NCBI GenBank assembly: GCA_964590645.1
Contig: CAZPYJ010000004.1
Coordinates: 19,541-83,540, forward strand
Origin: an uncultured Lentimicrobiaceae bacterium
GTDB lineage: Bacteria > Bacteroidota > Bacteroidia > Bacteroidales > JAGNHN01
Reading direction: 5' to 3'
Length of the DNA: 64,000 nucleotides
Shown: one piece after another, positions 57,655 to 64,000 of the stretch
Layout of the letters: each line of letters opens with the position of its first letter
How positions within the stretch are numbered: position 1 is the first letter of the stretch
Translations under genes and position numbers: made by a program
The notes under the pieces: generated by a model
Database searches by the model: none
The model's input: the letters and a program-made list of their open reading frames with translations, nothing else
Told to the model about the DNA's origin: nothing

Positions 57655-58860
57655 TCAGCGCTTCAGCTTCTTCAGAATGGCCGGCGGGATGGCATCTTTA
57701 TGCACCACAATGTTCAGGGTTTTGTACTGCACAAAGGGAACCGAGGCATATAAATACCCGCCCATCTCATTGCTATGGTCTGCCCAGGAATTTTTCACCC
57801 GGTAATAGGTATTGCCTTTTTGATCCACTGCGGTTCCAACAATATGCATTCCGTGATCATCTGTTGTCTCATAAATATCAAAAGCTTCCTGTCTCATCTC
57901 CTGAGTGATCTCTTTTTCTTTCACGATTTCCTCAAAACTGTACAGGAGTTTTTCCTTTTCCTTCTTGCTCAGGCTTTCCCATTTATCCATTTCAGAATCC
58001 GCCCGCTCCTGGTTTTCGATATCAGGAATGATGGCCACGCCATTCTTGTGCGAAAAGCCTTTCTCGCTTACATCTGTTGCCCAGGCAATGGTGTAACCCT
58101 TGTCAATGGCATAATCCATTGTCTCCATCAATTCATTCAGCGGAAGGTTATACATATCTCCCCAGGCCCAGTTGTCCGGAACTTCCAGGATGAACTTTTC
58201 ATAGAAAGGATGGTGCGTAAAGGAGCTTAGGGTAATGTAGTCCTCCATTTTCAGGCCCAGAAATCGGGTGAAACTTTCCGGGGTGTATGTTTTTCCCTCA
58301 TAACTGAATTCCGCCGGCACTGCTCCGAGATAGGCATCCAGCAGGCTTTCAAATCCTTTTTTCCAGACATTGGTCAATTTGCGGTTTTTATTGGCAATGA
58401 CGCCCTCCACGTATTGTTTAAAGACGTGGTCCATTTCGCTGTGTACGTGATTATCCTGATTGATCACCATACCGTCATACGCGGATTCGGGGACGATGCC
58501 ATAGCGTTCAATCATATTGAAGACATCGTGAAAAGCTCCGCCGGCGGAAAAATTGATATGTCCGTGCATTCTCACGTATTTATCGGCTTTTTCGGAATAG
58601 GCGTAGCGCACTATCCACATATCAGAAAGATCGTGGGAACCCTTGCCCATCCTGAGCAATTCCGATTCGAGGAAAGAGAGGCCCGAGAAACTCCAGCAGG
58701 TTCCGCTGCGATGCTGGTCTTTCACCGTGGTGGCTGCGAGCTCTTTCTTAGGAGTAAAGACATAGGCTTTCTTTTCTTCTTTCTTTTCTTCCTGTGCCGG
58801 AGCCAGGCTTACGATGCTCATCATCAGGATGAGCAGAATCAGTTTGGCGATTGCTTTCAT
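57655..58860 (-). CDS. pepC: C1-family aminopeptidase C / bleomycin-hydrolase-like peptidase with signal peptide
   Basis: QHRSGTCWSFSG catalytic-Cys context, and DHGMHIVG plus VKNSW (His/Asn region). The N-terminal signal MKAIAKLILLILMMSIVSLAPAQ is unusual for PepC. Confidence 0.82.
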   Translation of the reverse strand: MKAIAKLILLILMMSIVSLAPAQEEKKEEKKAYVFTPKKELAATTVKDQHRSGTCWSFSGLSFLESELLRMGKGSHDLSDMWIVRYAYSEKADKYVRMHGHINFSAGGAFHDVFNMIERYGIVPESAYDGMVINQDNHVHSEMDHVFKQYVEGVIANKNRKLTNVWKKGFESLLDAYLGAVPAEFSYEGKTYTPESFTRFLGLKMEDYITLSSFTHHPFYEKFILEVPDNWAWGDMYNLPLNELMETMDYAIDKGYTIAWATDVSEKGFSHKNGVAIIPDIENQERADSEMDKWESLSKKEKEKLLYSFEEIVKEKEITQEMRQEAFDIYETTDDHGMHIVGTAVDQKGNTYYRVKNSWADHSNEMGGYLYASVPFVQYKTLNIVVHKDAIPPAILKKLKR

Positions 58861-58881
58861 CTTTTTCTTTTTTGTTTTTGA

Positions 58882-59619
58882 TTATCTGGATATGCTATAC
58901 ACATACTCTTTGCTGGTCGCGATCCAGGGGGTTGGCGCCTCTTCTGTGTTTTTCCGAACTATGATCGTAATACTGTGATTGATCAGTACCGGTCTGACCC
59001 AATCTCCCACCTCAATCAGATCTTCAGGATTGATTATTTCCCCATTGGTATCGATGATCTCATCAACTGCCGTCAGGGCCATCAGGTCCTCTGCGCTGTA
59101 GGCGCCCGACAGTTTTCGCAGCCTTTCAAGCCAGGTGAAGCGTCCGTCATTGCCTGAACGGCGCAATCCCAGACCTGCAAGGGCACCTATGCGGCCGTCT
59201 CCACCTCTCCATCCTTTAAGAAAGATGTTTTCTTCCCGGCCGATCCGCAAGGCATCCTCCATCCTTACCTTGCCCTTTTTGGCTTCGCGGCTCCAATCTA
59301 TCAGCTTGTCTGAGATTCCTTCCCAGGGTGCCATACAAAGCCCGGGAGAGGATTTGGGACTGGCTTCGTTTTTCAAAAAGTCTACGCAGAATTGCACTAA
59401 TTCGTCTGGATCATTGCTGAATACATCCATACAGATTGCTGAATTGTAGGAAGAAACCGGGTCATCCAGGTAGGGGAAGAGATAATGGCGTGAAACTGAG
59501 CGCACCCGTCCAAGGCTATTCATCGTGATCAGCTCGCCCAGCTGGCGGGCGAGGAAGCCCGTGCCCCGGCTGTCCGGACTGTCAGTATTGTCTATGGCTA
59601 TCAGTATTCTTTCTTGCAT
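58882..59619 (-). CDS. hypothetical protein with TiaS-N-terminal-like motifs
   Basis: ILIAIDNTDSPDSRGTGFLA and GGDGRIGALAGLGL resemble, from memory, the IGIDDTDS...CTTYLA and G.IGALAA.G motifs of archaeal TiaS. Lies 21 nt upstream of pepC. Confidence 0.5.
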   Translation of the reverse strand: MQERILIAIDNTDSPDSRGTGFLARQLGELITMNSLGRVRSVSRHYLFPYLDDPVSSYNSAICMDVFSNDPDELVQFCVDFLKNEASPKSSPGLCMAPWEGISDKLIDWSREAKKGKVRMEDALRIGREENIFLKGWRGGDGRIGALAGLGLRRSGNDGRFTWLERLRKLSGAYSAEDLMALTAVDEIIDTNGEIINPEDLIEVGDWVRPVLINHSITIIVRKNTEEAPTPWIATSKEYVYSISR

Positions 59620-59655
59620 CAGGTCAGGCTCCCTGTTCTTGCGGCATCAAAGATG

Positions 59656-59684
59656 AAAAAAAAAGCCGTCCGGTGGGGACGGCT
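59656..59684 (-). terminator. rho-independent terminator of the ALDH7-type gene
   Basis: On the minus strand: AGCCGTCC-ccacc-GGACGGCT (8 bp) followed by T9. Confidence 0.75.
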
Positions 59685-59709
59685 GGGATAATAATAATGA
59701 TGTATGCGG

Positions 59710-61266
59710 TCAGATTTTGAAGTTGATCCCCTGGGCCAGTGGGAGCTCAGTGGAAAAGTTGATGGTGTTGGTTTGTCTGCGCATATAGAACTTCCAGGAA
59801 TCGGAACCGCTTTCGCGTCCGCCGCCGGTGTCTTTCTCTCCCCCGAAGGCGCCGCCGATCTCTGCTCCGCTGGTACCAATGTTGATGTTGGCAATGCCGC
59901 AATCGGAGCCGGCGTGGGAGAGGAATTGTTCAGTTTCAAGCATATTGGTGGAGAAGAGGGCGGAGGAGAGGCCCTGGGGTACATCATTGTGCAGGGCGAT
60001 GGCCTCGTCGAGGTCTTTGTATTTGATCAGATAGAGCAGCGGGGCAAAAGTTTCTTCCTGCACGATCTCATAGTGGTTTTCCACCTCGGCAATGCAAGGC
60101 ATCACATAATGTCCGTTTTCGTGCCCGCTTACGGTATGCTTCTCTCCGCCAAAGAGGATGTGCCCTCCTTCTTTCTTCACCGATTCGATGGCAGAGAGGT
60201 AAGTATCCACTGCTTTTTCATCGATCAGTGGGCCTACCAGGGTATTTGCATCAAGGGGACATCCGATGGGGAGCTGCTTGTATGCGTCCACCAGAATGTC
60301 TTTGAATCGATCATAAACACTTTCGTGAATGATGAGGCGACGTGTGGAAGTGCAGCGTTGCCCTGCCGTACCGACGGCGCCGAAGAGGGTGGCCTTGATG
60401 GCCATTTCCAGGTTGGCATTGGGGGTGATGATGATGGCATTGTTGCCTCCCAGTTCCAGCAGTGAACGGCCCAATCGCTGGCCTACGATACTGGCCACTT
60501 TTCTCCCTACATTGGTTGAACCGGTGCAGGAGATAAGCGGAAGGCGCTTGTCGGCCAGAAACTCATCCCCGATATAGCGTGAGGAACCGGCCACCAGGCA
60601 GAGGGTACCCTCAGGTACATTGTTGGCTTTCAACACATCCTGAATAATGTGGTGTACGGCTACCGCGCATAGCTGTACCTTGGACGAAGGTTTCCAGATG
60701 ACAGTGTCGCCGCAAACCATTGCAATCATTGCATTCCAGGCCCATACCGCTACCGGGAAATTGAAAGCGGTGATCACGCCCACCGGCCCCAGGGGGTGAT
60801 ACTGCTCATACATTCTGTGGAGCGGACGCTCCGAGTGCATAGTGAAACCGTGAAGCTGCCGCGACAGGCCCACAGCAAAGTCGGCAATGTCTATCATCTC
60901 CTGTACTTCCCCCAGGCCTTCCTGATAGATCTTCCCCATCTCATAGGAAACCAGCTTGCCCAGGTCCTCTTTGTGCTCGCGCAGCTTGAGTCCGATCTGA
61001 CGGACAACCTCACCCCGGTGCGGGGCCGGAATCATTCTCCATACTTTGAATGCTTCCTCTGAGGCCGCTATCACACCTTCATAATCATCCCAGTTCGCCT
61101 GCTTCACCGAAGCAATGGGTTTTCCGTCGGCCGGGGAAAAAGACATTTGTGCTTCTCCCTGTCCTTCCTGCCAGTTGACACCGGTACATACACCAGGGTT
61201 AATCTCCTTGATTCCCAGTCTTTGTAAGGCATCCTTAATGTTACAAGCCAATCCGTTTTCAGTCAT
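59710..61266 (-). CDS. ALDH7-type (alpha-aminoadipic/piperideine-6-carboxylate semialdehyde) dehydrogenase
   Basis: ELGGNNAIII, GTAGQRCTSTRRL and the C-terminal FKI are characteristic of the ALDH7 subfamily. Length 518 aa. Confidence 0.85.
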   Translation of the reverse strand: MTENGLACNIKDALQRLGIKEINPGVCTGVNWQEGQGEAQMSFSPADGKPIASVKQANWDDYEGVIAASEEAFKVWRMIPAPHRGEVVRQIGLKLREHKEDLGKLVSYEMGKIYQEGLGEVQEMIDIADFAVGLSRQLHGFTMHSERPLHRMYEQYHPLGPVGVITAFNFPVAVWAWNAMIAMVCGDTVIWKPSSKVQLCAVAVHHIIQDVLKANNVPEGTLCLVAGSSRYIGDEFLADKRLPLISCTGSTNVGRKVASIVGQRLGRSLLELGGNNAIIITPNANLEMAIKATLFGAVGTAGQRCTSTRRLIIHESVYDRFKDILVDAYKQLPIGCPLDANTLVGPLIDEKAVDTYLSAIESVKKEGGHILFGGEKHTVSGHENGHYVMPCIAEVENHYEIVQEETFAPLLYLIKYKDLDEAIALHNDVPQGLSSALFSTNMLETEQFLSHAGSDCGIANINIGTSGAEIGGAFGGEKDTGGGRESGSDSWKFYMRRQTNTINFSTELPLAQGINFKI

Positions 61267-61472
61267 AACAAAAAATATTTACAGATAAATAGTGCTCAAA
61301 TTTGCGGCTTCAAAAGTCAGTCAAGCCAGGCAAACTTGCAAGGGAAATCGGATAATTGTTTGCAGATTAACAGCCTGTTTTCAGGAAAAGCAATCCTGTA
61401 CTGCCTTTTCCCGCTCTTTTTTGGTTCGAAGTCTTTGAGTTAGGATATCTGTCTTTGCCCTCGAGAGAGGGT

Positions 61473-61514
61473 ATAAAAAAAACAAAAGGGCTGTCCCGCT
61501 TATTGAGACAGCCC
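61473..61514 (-). terminator. rho-independent terminator of the SOD gene
   Basis: On the minus strand: GGGCTGTC-11 nt loop-GACAGCCC followed by TTTTGTTTTTTTT. Confidence 0.7.
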
Positions 61515-61544
61515 CTCTTTCATCGCTGAGGAAACAATTCGGGT

Positions 61545-62171
61545 TTAGCGCGTAGCCTGGGAATAGTTTTCAGATACTTCTTCCCAGTTGATTACATTGA
61601 AGAAAGCTTCAATATAATCAGGGCGCCGGTTTTGATATTTCAGGTAATAAGCGTGTTCCCAGACATCCATTCCCAGGATGGGGGTTCCGCCGCAGCCACC
61701 CACATCCATAAGGGGGTTGTCCTGATTAGCTGTACTGCATACGCTCAACTTGCCGACTTTGTCGGTGCACAGCCAGGCCCAGCCACTGCCAAAACGATTG
61801 GCGCCCGCAGCGGAGAACTCATCTTTGAATTTCTCGAAGGAGCCAAAATCACGTGCAATGGCATCTCCCAGTGTTCCGGAAGGTGTGCCTCCGCCATTGG
61901 GTCCCATTACCCGCCAGTACAGCTCGTGGTTAAAAAAGCCACCTCCGTTGTTGCGCACTCCGGCGGGGTATTTGCTAATGTTCGCCAGGAGGCTGTCGAA
62001 GGGCATATTCTCCATTTCGCTGCCTTTTACGGCAGCCATCATTTTGTCAAAATATGCTTTATGATGCTTGGTATAATGGATTTCCATCGTTCGCGCATCA
62101 ATGTGCGGCTCGAGGGCATCATAAGCATAAGGAAGGGCAGGAAACTGCAGATCTTTTACCAGTGTTTTCAT
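61545..62171 (-). CDS. Fe/Mn superoxide dismutase
   Basis: [28 protein letters not shown] and DVWEHAYYL. Confidence 0.92.
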   Translation of the reverse strand: MKTLVKDLQFPALPYAYDALEPHIDARTMEIHYTKHHKAYFDKMMAAVKGSEMENMPFDSLLANISKYPAGVRNNGGGFFNHELYWRVMGPNGGGTPSGTLGDAIARDFGSFEKFKDEFSAAGANRFGSGWAWLCTDKVGKLSVCSTANQDNPLMDVGGCGGTPILGMDVWEHAYYLKYQNRRPDYIEAFFNVINWEEVSENYSQATR

Positions 62172-62283
62172 TCTTGTATAGATTTAGTGGGTTTATAAAT
62201 CGGTTTGTTTGCATAACAAGGTAGTGCGAAGGAATGTTCAAACAGCCCGGGTCAGGATTGGAAGGAAAAGACAGAGGAAATGC

Positions 62284-64000
62284 TTAGAACTTCGCCACCA
62301 GCTTTACATTGAGCATTCGGGGGCTGAGGTAATTCGGAATGGCATATAAGCGGTTGCTGATGTCGGAAATCCAGATGTAGGAAATGGTATTGTTGACTTG
62401 CAAAAGGTTGAAGACTTCCAGGGTGATCCATACATCGCGGAAACGATTTAAGGGGTTTCCCTGGCTGAGGATGCGATTGTCTTCTTTGAGCTGCTTTGAG
62501 AAGCCAATGTCTACGCGACGGTATGATGGAATGCGGAAGGTATGTTGGTATTTCGGAGATCCGGGAGGTCCGAAAGGGAGGCTGCTGCCATAGAGCAGGT
62601 TGAGGTGCATTCGGAAGGTGGGATTGCTGGGCAGGTAATCCTGGAAAAAGATTCCCAGGTTTACGCGCTGATCGGTGGGTCGGGGGATATATCCGGGTTC
62701 GATACGCCGGCCCTGATTATCGAAATAGAAGTCGCCGATGAGGTCTTCCCGTGTTTCCATCACCGAAAGGGAAAACCAGCTTTCGATGCCGCGAACAAAT
62801 TCTCCGTTGATGCGAAAGTCCACACCCGCGGCGTAGCCTTTGGCTTCATTCTGCGCACTATAGCGGATGCGCACATTGTCAATCTCGTATGGAACCAGAT
62901 TGTCGAGCATTTTATAATACAATTCCGACACGAATTTGAATGGCCTGCCCCAGGCTTGAAAGTCATATTCAACTCCCCCCACAAAATGAATGGATCGCTG
63001 CGCTTTCAGTTTTGAATTGATGTTGCCTTCCGGATCGCGCAGCTCGCGGTAGAAAGGGGGTTGGTAGTAGATTCCGGAAGAGATGCGGAAAAGCGTCGGT
63101 CTTTTCCAGGATGGCTGAAAGGCCAGGGAGGCGCGAGGACTCAGCAGGAACTGCTTGTTCAGATCCCAGTGTTGTGCCCGGATTCCTGCAGTTACATTGA
63201 AGCCTGTACTGTCATTGCCTAAATCCCAGGACTGCTGAACATATCCACTGCTTCGTTGCGAGTGGATGCTGATCGATTTGCTCACAAAACGCTGCAGTAC
63301 CAGCTCCTGGGGCAGGATTGCCTGACCCAGCAAATCGGGCGGATGAGGCAGGGAATAGCCGGCACTATCCAGCATCTGCCATTCGCGCAGCTGGTCTTCA
63401 ATGCGCTCAAACTGAAGCTTAAGGCCCCATTGAAGAAATCGTTTTTCTCTTTCATAAGAGCCGAGGTAGGAGAGGTTGGCCACGTCCGCTGTGAGGTAAT
63501 TCCGGGCGTGATCCAGAAAGGCGCCTACCCCGATGGGATCGGTTACATTGCCAAAGTCATCCTTACCGTAGTCGGTCTCCAGTCTGCCAATGAAGTATTG
63601 ACCCAGGATATCGAAGGTCTCATATTCGGTGGAACGGTAGGCAGAAGTGATCAGTTTCATACGAAGATCCCTGGCCGGTTTCCATTCGGCACTCAGTGCC
63701 CCCAGCCAGGTGTCAAAGCGATCTACTTCCTGTCCGTCAAAATAGACTGTAAAGCGGTATGCCTGATTGATGGTGCCGAAATCGGTTTCCCGGCTTTCGG
63801 GGATGACCTGATAGGCATTGCGGGCATAATTCCCGAGAAAATTAATCTCCAGTTTTTTATGCACATTGAAATGCAGGCTTGTCTGAATATCCGTGAAGCT
63901 GGGTTTATACTGTCCTTGTGTTTCCAGCTGATTGAGCAGGTACTGGTTGGTTTTTTGCCTGGCGCCAAAGAGATAGGTGAGGCGGTCATCGAGTGCCGTT
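62284..64000 (-). CDS. TonB-dependent receptor (partial; 5' end beyond the window end)
   Basis: Beta-barrel C-terminal region ending ...MLNVKLVAKF. I translated 63865..63999 by hand and the frame stays open to the edge (TALDDRLTYLFGARQ...), so the track's start at 63864 is just an internal GTG. Confidence 0.75.
   Translation of the reverse strand, partial: TALDDRLTYLFGARQKTNQYLLNQLETQGQYKPSFTDIQTSLHFNVHKKLEINFLGNYARNAYQVIPESRETDFGTINQAYRFTVYFDGQEVDRFDTWLGALSAEWKPARDLRMKLITSAYRSTEYETFDILGQYFIGRLETDYGKDDFGNVTDPIGVGAFLDHARNYLTADVANLSYLGSYEREKRFLQWGLKLQFERIEDQLREWQMLDSAGYSLPHPPDLLGQAILPQELVLQRFVSKSISIHSQRSSGYVQQSWDLGNDSTGFNVTAGIRAQHWDLNKQFLLSPRASLAFQPSWKRPTLFRISSGIYYQPPFYRELRDPEGNINSKLKAQRSIHFVGGVEYDFQAWGRPFKFVSELYYKMLDNLVPYEIDNVRIRYSAQNEAKGYAAGVDFRINGEFVRGIESWFSLSVMETREDLIGDFYFDNQGRRIEPGYIPRPTDQRVNLGIFFQDYLPSNPTFRMHLNLLYGSSLPFGPPGSPKYQHTFRIPSYRRVDIGFSKQLKEDNRILSQGNPLNRFRDVWITLEVFNLLQVNNTISYIWISDISNRLYAIPNYLSPRMLNVKLVAKF

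Noticed and set aside
61267-61472. Considered a lysine riboswitch, since ALDH7-type enzymes act in lysine catabolism
   Set aside because: I found none of the conserved L-box core elements, only short generic hairpins. The 6-bp inverted repeat GCAAAC/GTTTGC is too short to be statistically meaningful on its own.

Overview
Dense (>90% coding) chromosomal segment that looks like a Bacteroidota genome. Evidence for the phylum: type IX secretion (T9SS) and gliding genes, T9SS C-terminal sorting domains, several TAnnTTTG -7 promoter boxes, and no obvious Shine-Dalgarno dependence. Housekeeping genes (pyrC, gap, queA, pssA, pruA, folC, murF, anmK, ispF, ubiE, an SOD, three ALDH paralogs) are interleaved with a T9SS core island and with T9SS cargo. 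The core island is a porP/sprF-like gene followed by gldJ, divergent from porU-porV, with porT 4 kb further on. The cargo comprises three proteins with T9SS sorting tails, one of them a 2,122-aa giant. There is also an exbB-exbD-tonB-folC operon and a TonB-dependent receptor locus flanked by a secreted EEP nuclease/phosphatase. By eye I found no rRNA, tRNA, CRISPR array, transposase or integrase. One real ORF is missing from the supplied track: a 3'-truncated M23 peptidase on the minus strand at 1..748. I do not see a textbook defence island. The best candidates for something undescribed are: (i) a self-contained two-gene module at 29923..31654, a sensor-like domain fused to a minimal nucleotidyltransferase and translationally coupled to a metallophosphoesterase; (ii) a five-gene cluster at 1..5581 encoding only exported proteins and ending in the M23 peptidase, preceded by a homopolymer-rich promoter region; (iii) a 245-aa protein at 58882..59619 whose N-terminus resembles archaeal TiaS; (iv) two uncharacterised proteins packed upstream of queA. 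All functional calls rest on motif recognition from the translated ORFs and on synteny. No database search was possible. The many long antisense ORFs in the track are codon-aligned shadow ORFs and are rejected.
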